Origin: Octopus sinensis
Lineage: Eukaryota
DNA: 64,000 nt
Reading direction: 5' to 3'
NCBI RefSeq assembly: GCF_006345805.1
Contig: NC_043017.1
Location: 17,298,001-17,362,000, forward strand
The notes beneath the pieces were generated by a model. It was not told where the DNA came from. It saw only the letters and a list, made by a program, of their open reading frames with translations, and ran no database searches. Below, piece after piece: positions 11,744 to 23,642 of this stretch; position 1 is the first letter of the stretch; every line of letters starts with the position of its first letter. A program made the translations under genes and the position numbers.

Positions 11744-12339
11744 ATGTTGGCTAAAAATTGAATTATCTCCCTTGTCTGTTATGTAAAGTATATGGATGCA
11801 ATAGCTAAAACAAAGTTTACTAAAGAGAGATTATCTTCAGAAATTACCTTCAGAAAAACAATGTGTATTAAGGATGAATGTGTTTGAGCAGCGATAGATT
11901 ATTTTATACTTTATAGCACTTCAGGTAAAGCAAATAAAAAATTAAATTACATTTCCTATAACTCAATATTTGCTTTTCCTTTGTATCACACACGATACAC
12001 AGAACATATTTCCATTTTTGAACATATTTTCACTTTTGAGCTATCACAATAACTTGGAATCTATAAAAGGAAAGCTCAATATTTCTCCGAATTTATGAAA
12101 CAACGGCAGACTAAAAGTCGAGAAACAAGCATGGATGGTGATGATAAACTTGTGAAAATAATTTCGATAAACACCTCTTTAACTGACATGACTATGAAGC
12201 ATGTATGTGGTGGGCCAGAAGTCCAAAAAGGGTTTCAATATTAAGTAACTTCATTAATTTTTTTGTTTCAAATATAACATAGCGTCATACACACACACAC
12301 ACACAAACATATATATATATATATATATATAATAATAAA

Positions 12340-12900
12340 TATTAGGGAATAAATCCAAATTTACAGGGAAAAAATCAGATTTAGGATTAAATCCAATTTT
12401 ATAGTAAAATATTATATAATATTAATTAGAGACAAAACGGTAGTGGCGGTTTTTTTTACTTTTTATTAAAATTTTATGTATTGATTAAGTCTTTCCTTGT
12501 TTGTTTTGCAAAATAGTGGTTTTGTCTCTAATTAATATTATATATATATATATATATACATACTATATGTATGTATATAAATATATATATACTCGTAAGA
12601 TACATATACAGGGTAGCGAATATTCTTTAGAAATATCACAACCAGTGGCCTAGCATGTATAAATAGTCAATAGACAATATATTCTTAATATAAAATAGTG
12701 TACATTTAAACACCAGAGAAAAATAACTTATAATTCAGAGACAAATAACACTTGTCTCATCATTATATGTTATAACTTTTCAAAATTCAGCGCGCAAGCG
12801 CAGTTTCAGTAGTTAGTTGTTAAGGCCGGTTACTGAGGAGAATTCGCCAAGCAGATTATCTTATTTGCTAAAGAAATTTGAAACCCAGGTATAACCGCAA
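12340..12900 (+). mobile_element. Putative Penelope-like element terminal-repeat derivative with internal inversion
   Basis: TA-embedded segments, a 26-bp perfect inverted repeat (12413-12438 / 12519-12544) and a minimal hammerhead at the right end. The PLE assignment is inferred from the hammerhead type. Confidence 0.5.
12827..12897 (+). ncRNA. Minimal type-I hammerhead ribozyme
   Basis: Helix I CGGUUA/UAACCG; core CUGAGGA (12833-12839); helix II GAAUUC..AGCAGAU-loop-AUUUGCU..GAAAUUU; GAAA (12880-12883); helix III ACC-CA-GGU; predicted cleavage triplet GUA after 12891. Confidence 0.8.
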
Positions 12901-13074
12901 AAAATAACAAGGTAAAAGTTTTTATTTTTCATTTCCTTCGAAAATTGCTATTAAATGTGATTTCTGATCGTTTTGGCTGCTTCTTCTAGCGTAAAAAAAA
13001 AAGGGTAGTTTTCTCTTGTGTTTAAATGTACACTATTGACATTCGCGCTGGAAGCTCCAAAACTAACATTTCAG

Positions 13075-13240
13075 AGTATTTGAATGTTCAGCTGAGGACA
13101 GTGCAATCTGAAGATATGTACCGAAAGTGATAAAAATCAAACATCCAACGTCATGGCGTTTGGAGTGATCATTAGTGATGGCGACGTTATGCCTCCATTT
13201 ATCACCCCACGCGTCCTTATACTCAACACGACAGTTAACG
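13075..13240 (+). mobile_element. maT (DD37D)-type transposase fragment
   Basis: YVPKVIKIKHP..VMAFGVIISDGDVMPPFI, the same family as 22640-23300. Confidence 0.75.
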
Positions 13241-14189
13241 ATTTTGCCAGCTTGCCGCCGCCTTAAATTGATGTCAGATAATTGCTGGAAGTCAAGGCAT
13301 GACAAATACACACAATGTTAGTTTAGTCATGTGGTCTAATAATGAATGATGCTCTAGGTTTATCTGAAGGTCTAAGTTATACAATAAAATATTTTTAAAG
13401 TTTAAAATTTTCGAATTGATTTAATGAAAACAGCATAACGAAGTCTACAACATAGAAGTGATCATCTGATTCGTTCAACCGATTTTATTGATGAGTAAAA
13501 TAATAATTAAGCTCAATTTATGTATAACGAGTTTAAATTATCGAAATAGTGAAAGAGAATCAAAAGTCTTTTAATTAATATCTGACAAAACAGAAGAATG
13601 CCTGCCCGTTTATCGTTGCCAATCAATTTCTGTTTAATTAAAACTGTATTGGACTTCGGCAGTCGTGTGAGTATCAGATCTTACTTGAGTACCGAGTTTT
13701 TCATAAAAGTGGAGGCCAGTATGGTACTGTGATAATAGAGTAAGTGCAGGATTTTTGAGTTATAATTGGTAGCTTTTAAGCATTTAGCACGCAGCCCATG
13801 AAACTGTGGAGTCGAAGCATGTTTTACTATTTGCTTAATCCAACCTTAACTACACTATACCAAAAAAACACCGTGTTTCTTGCTCAACCTGGATAAACGT
13901 AAGAGACAGATAAACGCAGACATAGCCTCAATATAAACAGCATTACTACATCCGAGTCCTGGGATGCACACCACCAGGGTAAAATGCAGAGGAACAGCAA
14001 CTATTGCGATCTGATTAATACACCTTTCTTTTTCAGCCTCCACTGAGGCTATTACTAGAATTTAGGGTTGTACAAGAACAGACTTGGGACAGTAGAAATA
14101 GTACAACATGTCTAGATTGTCACACTGCCCTCCATCTGAATGTGATTATATGATGTAATTCTTGATGCCCCTAAAACGACCAGTGGTTT

Positions 14190-14275
14190 ACGGTTGGAAA
14201 GCCTTTGATCATAAGGATGATTGACCAGACCGGAGCTGACTTGACCAGGGTTTAAGCAACAACGTTACACTACAC
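14190..14275 (+). mobile_element. 3' end of a further SINE-like family with (CAA)n tail
   Basis: GGTTGGAAAGCCTTTGATCATA..GACCAGGGTTTAAGCAACAAC resembles 40520-40590 GGCTGGAATCTTTTTGATCACAG..CCGGGGCTAAAAAACAACAA. Confidence 0.5.
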
Positions 14276-15191
14276 CACACTAAATAAGGAATATGATATA
14301 TATAGTTGTAGCCCGCTTTGTTGGAAACAACATCCTTTTAATTCATACGGCGTTGCCTTCGAGAAATGGATGCATTGAACCTGTCTGGAATTCTTGGAGC
14401 TTATAAAGATAAAGATGGTTCGTAGTTCTGTAGTTTTCGTTGAGTTATTTATCGTTTTCAGTAGGAATGCAGAAGTATTTATCTAATTTTGGAAATATAC
14501 CTAATCAAGAATTTGAAGTAACCGATATCAAAGAACGACTTATCCTTTGATGAGGGTAAAAAGTAATAAATATGTTAATATCAAATATACTTTGTGGTCA
14601 TTAAATTTTCTGCAGTTTTCTTTAATAAAGATTATAAATAAATAAATCGGCCATTATCAAAGAGGCTTTTGTAGCTTTTAAGGATTTGAGTACATTTATC
14701 ATTATCTTACCCATGTTCATAACTAACCATAAAGATTGCATTGTTGAGATCATTTGGTCACTCGGTTTCATTTGGTGCCGGTTCTTTTAAACTCTTTGCG
14801 TGTAAAATCTTTGTTTCTTTTTCTTTTCTTTTTTTCACTCAATCCCATTTAATTTTATACTTGAATGAGACAGACAGTACTCAACAGTAAGAACGAGGTG
14901 TTGTATTATAACAACCATTATAGTGGACCACACACTTTATATAAACACTATTGCAACATTTTAGCTGAAGAGCCGTTTCTGCTAATTAACCTTATGAATC
15001 AGTGTAGTCTTCTACTTGAAGAACTTAAGTACTTTTATTGTGTATATGAACTGGATGAAAGTTTTGTATAATTAAAAAATAACTATGTGAAAATACCGAG
15101 CGAAGAACTGTGTTCAATATAAAGAGCGAAATAATTTGTAAAGACTCTTATTGCTCGCCAAAAATTCGTTACCATTTAATGTCATAGGCCC

Positions 15192-15625
15192 CGGCGTGGC
15201 TGTGTGGTAAGAAACTTGCTTCCCAACCACATGGTTCCAGGTTCAGTCCCTCTGCGTGCCACTTTGGCCAAGTGTCTTCTGTTATAGCCTCGAGCCGACG
15301 AAAGCCTTGTAAGTGGATTTAGTAAACGAAAACTAAAAGAAGCCCGTCGTATATATATATATATATATCTGTGTGTGTGTGTGTGTGTGTATGTGCGTGT
15401 GTGTGTGTGTGTCTTTATATTTGTGTTTGTTCCCCACCATCGCTTGACAACCGGTGTTGGCGTGTTTAAGTGTTTACGTCTCTGTAACTTAGAAGTTCGG
15501 CAAAAGGGACCGATAGAATAAGTACCAGGCTTATAAAAGTACTGGGGTCGATTCATTCGAGTGAAAATTCTTCAAGGCAGTGCCCCAGTATATCTGCAGT
15601 CAAATGACTAAAACGAGTAAAAATT
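15192..15625 (+). mobile_element. SINE family B, full length
   Basis: Head GGCGTGGCTGTGTGGTAAG..GGTTCAGTCC; CORE-like CACTTTGGCCAAGTGTCTT; internal (TA)(TG) microsatellite; 3' module. Confidence 0.9.
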
Positions 15626-16039
15626 TTAAAAAAACTAAAATTTTATTAACGTTTAGTTTTGAAGTGCAAAAATAAATGGCACCGAATCTGTTTAATTTTC
15701 TGAAAACTTCACATATGACATCAGAAGATATTTAGAATAATTTTTTTGTGAAATAGATGAGAATTATTTTACGGTTAATTCATTAAAACTTTGTGGATCT
15801 GGAATGGTTATCCAAGTCGATGACTTGTGTTTTCCACATAAAGTTAAAACATCATAGGGAGCGGGAATCACACAAACAACCATAAATTTTCAACATTGCA
15901 GTGACTGGGATACATAGAAACTGTAAAACAACATATCATTAGTAGGGTGTGGTCAATAACTGAAAACGTCATCGAGCTAAAACTACAGTGCAGTGAACAA
16001 TAGATAGTTTGTGTAGATATTGATTTCAAATTTTGGTAC

Positions 16040-16532
16040 AGGCCAGCATTTTGGTGCAAGAGTGTAAGTCGATTACATCGACCATAGTGTTGAACTAATA
16101 CTTATTTTATTGACCCTGTAAGGATGAAAGGCAAATTCAACCTTGCTGGAATTTGAACTCAGAACGTAATTTGAATTTGAACTCAGAACGCTCCAGAGCG
16201 TGGGCTGCAGGGTCACTCCGAAAAGCTCTATCTACGACGATTTCATCTCAATCGAAGGAGAGGGGCTTTCTCCGTCCAGGTTGCGGATCCGTGGAATAAG
16301 CTGCCGGACGAAGATAGTGAAGATGCCGACGACCGCTCGGTTCAAAGTCTCTCTTGACCAGAAATGGCCTGAACTCTTTGTATGACCACCCTCCCTGTAC
16401 ATAACCCTATGTCCCCCTACATGGCCTTGCTTTTGCTTTTTGAGCCAATAAAAATTGAATTGAATTGAATTGAATTGCTGCTAAGCATTTTACCCGGCGT
16501 GTTAATAACTCTGCCAGCTCTCGCTGCCTTTG
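16040..16532 (-). mobile_element. SINE family A interrupted by a CR1/L2 LINE fragment
   Basis: SINE body at 16040-16190 and head at 16478-16532 flank the LINE piece. Confidence 0.8.
16191..16477 (+). mobile_element. CR1/L2-type LINE 3' end with (AATTG)n tail
   Basis: GHSEKLYLRRFHLNRRRGAFSVQVADPWNKLPDE, then a frameshift to IVKMPTTARFKVSLDQKWPELFV* (CR1 C-terminal RGHxxKL..FSxRVxxxWNxLP..FKxxLD). AATAAA at 16447 precedes the tail. Confidence 0.85.
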
Positions 16533-17219
16533 AGGTTGGGTAAATATCAGTCGCCTGGTAAGCTGGTAAATCATTCTTTGTGCTTCGTCGATCGAAACAC
16601 TAGATGAGGACGGCACACTTCAGACCTAGAAGACTGTTGAAGTCAAAGCAAATCACATGGCATTCTTGTAGGAGATATACTTACATTTCTGTCTCCCGTA
16701 GTCTAGAATGTGTGACAGACATTCAAATAATAATTTCTACAATTTCTTTAATGCAACAACAGATCAATACAACTTTATCTCAAGTATCACCGATAAATCA
16801 TATTAATAACATTGTGTTTGTATATTTAGATTTTTTAAAAACACGTAAAAAAATCTGTAAAAATGTTTTTTAATATCGTTTTTGTTCTTAAAAATACATA
16901 ACTAGCACTCTTATGGAAATTCAATGCATAATTAATGTCTTAACGCATAAATTTATTGATGAGAATTTCTAAGACATTATATTTGAGATTTCTCTCACGT
17001 CTACAGTTTCATTCCGTAGTAAACGCTGTCTAAAGCGGAACGACTCACTAAATTATTAATGTTATGCTAAATATTTCGATTCATATGTATAGTTAAGTTT
17101 GCTGAAAGCAGAGCACATGGTCATGAGTCGTGACAAGCAGAATAATGACAGCTGGTGATGACCGATAAGCTGATACTTCGAAGTCACTGCCAGCGCTTTT
17201 CTTGTAAAGGTATAATAAA

Positions 17220-17454
17220 GGCGGCGAGCTGGCAGAAACGTTAGCACGCCGGGCGAAATGCTCAGCGGTATTTCGTCTGCCGCTACGTCCTGAGTTCAAA
17301 TTCCGCCGAGGTCGACTTTGCCTTTCATCCTTTCGGGGTCGATTAAATGAGTACCAGTTACGCCCTGGGGTCGATATAATCGACTTAATTCCGTTGTCTG
17401 TCCTTGTTTGTCCCCTCTGAGTTTAGCCCCTTGTGGGTAGTAAAGAAATAGGTA
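17220..17454 (+). mobile_element. SINE family A (A1), full length with 12-bp TSD
   Basis: TSD AGGTATAATAAA at 17208-17219 and 17450-17461; A/B-box head. Confidence 0.95.
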
Positions 17455-17478
17455 TAATAAATATTATTATTATTATTA

Positions 17479-17530
<52 letters not shown>

Positions 17531-17810
17531 CCTTTTGGATCTTTTCAATTCTGAAGCCAGGACCACAGATCTTTCTACTTAACTAAATATTCTGAAACTT
17601 CGTATGCTGATAGAGTCTAGCAAAACAAGACACAGGTTGGAACTAGTTTATTTGAGAAAAATCTATTTTATGACTTTAATCGTAGATTAAAACTGCGAAT
17701 TTTAACCAATCAGATTGTTTGTTTTCATGTGTAAAACTTGACTGCATTCTATTAGTGTGACGTAGAAAGCGCTTTTGTGACGTACTAACGTTCGGAAAAC
17801 TGTAAACAAA

Positions 17811-17878
17811 ACAGAACGTAACGGCAGACGAAATACGGCTACGCATTTCGCCCGGCGTGCTAACGTTTCTGCCAGCTC
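17811..17878 (-). mobile_element. SINE family A head fragment
   Basis: CAGAACGTAACGGCAGACGAAATAC..GCTAACGTTTCTGCCAGCTC. Confidence 0.85.
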
Positions 17879-18419
17879 TTTGCTTTTTTAATATTAAATT
17901 TCTTGCCTTTTGCACAAATAAATACAATAAGTGAAATGAAACGCATTAGCTTAGAAACGAAATCTTGTTAGAAGCCTCGTCACTGAGATGCCACTTCTTA
18001 ATAGCAAACGAAAGCAAGTACTAACAGAATGGAAACATTTTCAGTTTAATACATGTGGCTTATTAACTAGTTTTAAATATTGTTATTAGAAGGTGGCTGA
18101 CTATAGGATCCTGGAAACATGAGTACGTTAAATAATTAGGAGATTTCACGGAGACATGCGGCTTGTTTACATTTAAGATGTTTAATACGTCACCAAATTG
18201 GTGGTCGAGACGGAGTAAATAAAATAAAGCCGAATGACGGAATATCATTGGTTAAAATTCTAATTATTAAACAACGTTAAACTTAGAAGTTACAATTCCG
18301 TTTTCATTCTGGTTTACAATTAAGTTTACTTTTGACACATTCTACCAGTATACGAAGTTTCAAATTGTTTGGTTCAGTAGGAAAAATTTGAAAAAACTGG
18401 CTTCAGAATTGAAAAGATC

Positions 18420-18620
18420 CACCCTTTTTGCCCCTTGTGGAGCATAGGGCCGGTTTTCCGGTTTCCTTGGCGTATAGGTTCCCCACCTGGACGGGACGCC
18501 GGTCCGTCGCAGGTGAGTTACAAGATGCAGGAGGAAAGAGCCACTCATAGCCACAGGGAGGTAAGCTCCCTAAGTACCGGGCATAGCCAGATCTCCAGTG
18601 ATTTAGCATTTACATTAAAG
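18420..18620. mobile_element. GC-richer interspersed repeat, probably SINE-derived
   Basis: CCCCACCTGGACGGGACGCCGGTCCGTCGCAGGT resembles a motif recalled from aquatic-invertebrate SINE tails; not verified. Confidence 0.3.
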
Positions 18621-18882
18621 CTCGACAGTGGCTCTTACCGGCGTCTTGGGTTAAACTCAACTTGCCTTGTTGGCCTATAAGATCACCGTAGAAGTCAAAC
18701 GCTGATTTCGTAAATGGTAACGGTGTAAATTAGGAATAATAAGGGTGGCTTGTTAGCAATTTTTCAACCGAAAGGTAAAACATATATACATCTCTAAAGC
18801 GACTGCAACCAGTATTGCTAGAAATAAGAGTAAAAAATAACTAAAAAAAAGATACCCACCCATGACTGCGTACATATACGTG

Positions 18883-18929
<47 letters not shown>

Positions 18930-18932
<3 letters not shown>

Positions 18933-19115
18933 CAAAGTAGGATAGGGGTTATGGGTGTAACCCACTATGGGATAGTATTTATCCAATATATCTTATATGT
19001 ATTGAATTATGATACATATGTATGCTATTGAGGTTCTCATTTTGTTAAATGAATTAGAATCCAACATTATAATAACCGAAAGTTGATGAACAAACTAAAT
19101 TTGTTTCTCCATTTT
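18930..19115 (+). mobile_element. Dispersed TA-flanked repeat, second copy at 46945-47220
   Basis: Shared TCTTATATGTATTGAATTAT..TATGCTATT(G/A)AGGTTCTCATTTT(T)GTTAAATGAAT..CCGAAAG..ACTAAATT(T)GTTTCTCCATTTT. Confidence 0.8.
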
Positions 19116-19124
19116 CTTATTTGT

Positions 19125-19511
<387 letters not shown>

Positions 19512-20120
19512 GGAAAGTATACAGCTATATCTTCTGTGGAAAATACACCCGGTTGATCTTGGGATTGTATTGAAGTCAGTTAGTGTATGATCAGTGGTGT
19601 AGCTAGCCAAACTGGACCACCCGGTAAGGTACGTAAAAATATTAGAGTATCAACTGTCACAGAACCCACTGGATGCAGAATCCTGTTTTTAATGGCATGA
19701 GCCTTAGAGTACAAGGTTGACCCCCTCGTTCTCACCAACGATGGGTATGACATATGTACCGTATTTCCTGGCGTCGAGGACGCTACAACCTCAAAGACCC
19801 ATCCCAATTATGAATTGAGCATTTTGAAAGAAAAAGGGCAAAATTTCAAAATATCGTCGCCCCGTTTCTCCATTTTCACCAAAGCGTTTTTCTTAATGGT
19901 TTTGAGACATACACCGATCCTGTTGATCTGTTATAGATTGTATTTTAATTGTCTTTCATGTTTACACTACAGAGACACGGTATGTTTAACCCCCACCTCC
20001 CTCATTACAATTGGATTCAGGTTAATGTGGCGGACATCCTTTTGGAAGCAGTAAATTTTCGAGATGTATTTCGAGAAAAAAGACATAATAATAATAATAA
20101 TAATAATTATTATATTATTA

Positions 20121-20159
<39 letters not shown>

Positions 20160-20189
20160 CATCATCATCATTATTATTATCATTTCAAA

Positions 20190-20385
20190 TTTTTGCCTCA
20201 AGGGCAGCTTCGTGGAGAGGGGATGAGTCGATTACATTGACTCCATGGTAGATATTTTATCGACCCCGAAAAACTAAAAGGCAAAGTCGACCGCGGTGGA
20301 ATTCGAACTCAGAACGTGACGACGGACGAAATACCGCTAGGCATTTCGCCCAGCGTGCTAATGATTCTGCCAGCTCGCCGCCTTA
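20190..20385 (-). mobile_element. SINE family A (A2-type tail)
   Basis: GAGTCGATTACATTGACTCC..AAAGTCGACCGCGGTGGAATTCGAACTCAGAACG..CTGCCAGCTCGCCGCC. Confidence 0.85.
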
Positions 20386-20934
20386 AGAAGAAGAAGAAGA
20401 GTGAGCGCAAGAGAATGGAAGAGCCAATGGAATGGTTATATGATACTTTTCAAGTACCAACACCACTACAAGTAATTGAACCCAGACGCACAATTGAAAG
20501 AAAAAAAAATGTACGGAATTCCTGAAAGTGGAAGCCAAACGAAAAAAATAATTAAATGTGTAACTGTATAAACAAATAAAACTAAAAAATGGAGGTAGGG
20601 TGATGTAAAAATTATTACTAATAGAAGAAATAAAATTACACTCCCTAAGAAAAAAAGAAAAACTTAAAAGGGGAGATGTTATGGGGATAATGCTGATAAT
20701 GGAACACCCCTCTCATGTGACGAGTGGTATGTGCTAGTCAGTACAAATACTGTGACATAGGAAGTCGGGAGCGTCGGTCGAGTAGCCGATCATAGAGAAA
20801 TAGTCGTGTCTTTACTTATCTAACAAACCATACTGCTATACTGGAGTAGGCGTGATAACAGTCCAACGGAGGATTAGAACAACAATGTTTACACGAACTG
20901 GGAAATCGCGTACGAAACAAAACATGATAAAGTG

Positions 20935-21100
20935 CAAGATATATGCGAAAAGTTTCTGGTTTTAAGTGTATCGCGAAAGGCCGGGTTCGAGGCCCAAATT
21001 TCCGAGTTCTTTTATAGGGCTTAAAAGTGAAGGACTGCTACAATAAGTGTGTAAATCCGAGAGGGGAATATGTTGGATAAAATGATAATTAACTTATCTT
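20935..21100 (+). mobile_element. Internally deleted mariner remnant
   Basis: TIR-like GAAAAGTTTCTGGTTTTAAG, then ..NKCVNPRGEYV, the mariner C-terminal KCVxxxGxYVE motif. Confidence 0.55.
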
Positions 21101-21194
21101 CCCGTATTGTCTTCTACTCAAAGCCAGAAATCATCTCGTAATGCAAAAATACCCAGCAGACTGCGATAGAAATAAAGTATGAAAATTTATTCTC

Positions 21195-21226
21195 TCTGTG
21201 CGGCCCGTGACGGTTAGGGACCCCTG
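21195..21226. mobile_element. hAT (Charlie-like) MITE right end
   Basis: GCGGCCCG..GGTTAGGGACCCCTG followed by CTCTAAAG (NTCTAAAN-type target). Confidence 0.45.
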
Positions 21227-21560
21227 CTCTAAAGGATCTGATAAACGACGAGAACATTGTCAACACAAAGCTGATTATGACAGCCTTTGGTTGTTGTGTA
21301 CGATATAATAACAGCAAATTGGTTAAATTAGAAAAACGACATGTAATTAAATATTAAACTGGATAAACTAATGCTGCAAAAATTGCAAATTGGAGATATT
21401 CCATGGCAATAAACACGGAGGTTTTTGCTCATCAAATATTAATGTGACTATACAGATCCACAAACAGAATTTTCACTGACCTTGAACCTATACTCTCAGA
21501 GACAACAAACCAACTCATAAAATCTTTAAACAACTAAATAAAGAATCATAAAGCCATACA

Positions 21561-21593
<33 letters not shown>

Positions 21594-21607
21594 CGCACAC
21601 GCACACA

Positions 21608-21658
<51 letters not shown>

Positions 21659-21674
21659 TATATATATATATATA

Positions 21675-21735
21675 GGGAGAATTCACAAAAAACAAAAGAC
21701 GAAGACGGGTGGTGTAGACAACAAACAGATGTATA
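21675..21735 (-). mobile_element. Fragment of the repeat family at 42700-42860
   Basis: GGGAGAATTCACAAAAAACAAAAGACGAAGACGGGTGGTGTAGACAAC is close to the reverse complement of 42810-42860. Confidence 0.7.
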
Positions 21736-21949
21736 TATAATATACTATATTATATATTTTTATCGTTTATCTTTTCTTATGCATATATATATATTATATT
21801 ATATATATATTATATTATATATATATATGTGAGTGTATGTATTTATGTATATATGTATGTATGTTTATAAGTATGTATGCATGTAGGCATGTATGTATGT
21901 ATGTATGTATGTATGTAGTGTATGTATGTATGTACGTACACTCACCAAA

Positions 21950-22100
21950 AACTTAGGAGTAACCACAAGAAAAAAGGATGAATCAAACGACACGAGAGAA
22001 AGGCTTGAACACTCTCCACCTCATCCTCCACCAACATTACCATGCAGTCAATGCCATCGACTCTTCTATGCAAGAATTGGTCTACAAAGTATTGCTATTG
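21950..22100 (+). mobile_element. RTE/BovB-like LINE C-terminal zinc-finger fragment
   Basis: PTLPCSQCHRLFYARIGLQS matches CxxCxRxFxxRIGLxSH. Confidence 0.65.
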
Positions 22101-22259
22101 GTTTGTTTACGTTCCCGTAAATTAGCAGCCCAGCAAAAAACATAGACCAACAGAATAAGTACCAGACTTCAACTAGGTACACTGGTCGATTTGTACCTTG
22201 TTCATATCTGTATATTCTATGCATTGTGTGTGTGTATGTGCAATTATATGTATTATTTT

Positions 22260-22460
22260 ATTCTTTTACTAGTTTTAGTTATTTGACTGTGGCCATGCTG
22301 GAGCACTGGATTAAAGTGCTCCTTAGCACTTATTCTTTGTAAGCCTAGTACGTATTCTATCGGTCTCTTTTGCCGAACCGCTAGTTACGAGGACGTAAAC
22401 ACACCAACATCGGTTGGCAAGCGATGGTGTGGGACAAATACAGACACAAAGACACATGCA
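22260..22460 (-). mobile_element. SINE family B, 3' half
   Basis: TTTGACTGTGGCCATGCTGGAGCAC..TTTGCCGAACCGCTA..ACACCAACATCGGTTGGCAAGCGAT. Confidence 0.85.
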
Positions 22461-22639
22461 CATAAATACAAACACACACACACATACACATACGCACAAA
22501 CACACACACACATATACAAGCTGCAGTGAATATATTGTATAAATTACGCAAAAACGAAAATAACACTGACATCTCATTTTAACAGATATATTTACCAAAA
22601 TTACATAAAAATATCTTGAAATACTAAAGAGTAAATTTA

Positions 22640-23300
22640 TTCAATAAAATCGCCATTGGCTTCAATCACGGCCTGCAGACGACTTCCGAATTTCCTACAA
22701 TTCTTCTGGACGGTTTCCTTGTTTAATGCTGCCATAATCCTTGCCTTCGGTTCATCTTTGGTGTTACAAGAAATTTTCTTGGTCTCTTACTCAACTACGC
22801 CCCACACATAATAATCAAGGGGATTGCAGCCTGGGGAGTTAGGTGGCCAGATGTTAGGGGTGGTGTGGTCGCAGAAATAATCTGACAGCCATGACTGGGT
22901 TCTCCTGCTTGTGTGGCATCGTGCAGAATCATGTTACCAGACATAGGGTCTTCCAGCAGCCACCCTCTCTATCCAGGGCAGTACTACCTCCTCCAGGCAC
23001 TTGATGTAGGCCTCCGTGTTGAGTCTGAGGCCGTGTGGGAGACATAATGTCGCGATGAGTAGTGATCACTCCAAACACCATCATGTTGAGTGGGTGTTTG
23101 ATTTTTATCACTCTCGGTACGTGTTTTGGTGATAGCGCAAGTAAACGGTTGCTCTGTGTGTTCAAGACCTTTTCGTATTGGAACTTCCGGCGTGAATGCC
23201 ATGCAGTACAGCATGTCCTTTCCAATTTTCTGGTAGAGCGGATTGCGTCATGGTGCTGTTTCTATCACAAACTGTGACCATGACCGTGTAGTCGACAAAA
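22640..23300 (-). mobile_element. maT (DD37D) Tc1/mariner transposase pseudogene
   Basis: MMVFGVIT..HGLRLNTEAYIKCLEEVVLPWIERVAAGRPYVW*HDSARCHTSRRTQSWLSDYFCDHTTPNIWPPNSPGCNPLDYYVW; 37 residues between the second and third D; stops and frameshifts present. Confidence 0.9.
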
Positions 23301-23317
23301 TCAAAAACAAACACTGT

Positions 23318-23362
<45 letters not shown>

Positions 23363-23464
23363 TTATATATATATATATAAGGATATATAGAGAGAGAGAG
23401 AGAGAGATGATAGAGTGAGAGAGAGAGAGGAGAGAGAGATATAAAATATTAAATATATATATAT

Positions 23465-23545
23465 ACGACGGGCTTCTTTCATATTTTCCGTCTACCAACT
23501 CCACTCACAAGGCTTGGTTGTGGCCCGAGGCTATAGTAGAAGACT
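23465..23545 (-). mobile_element. SINE family B fragment
   Basis: ACGACGGGCTTCTTTCA..TTTCCGTCTACCAACTCCACTCACAAGGCTT..CCCGAGGCTATAGTAGAAGAC. Confidence 0.8.
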
Positions 23546-23571
23546 TCTTACTACACTGCCACCCCTTCGCT

Positions 23572-23642
<71 letters not shown>

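Noticed and set aside
13085-13125. CTGAGGA/CTGAAGA..GAAA as a hammerhead
   Set aside because: Helices do not form; the sequence lies in a maT transposase fragment.
17220-17310. SINE heads as tRNA genes
   Set aside because: A/B boxes are present, but there is no complete cloverleaf and they continue into SINE bodies with TSDs.
17527-17560. piggyBac-like end (TTAA-CCCTT)
   Set aside because: No matching opposite end found.
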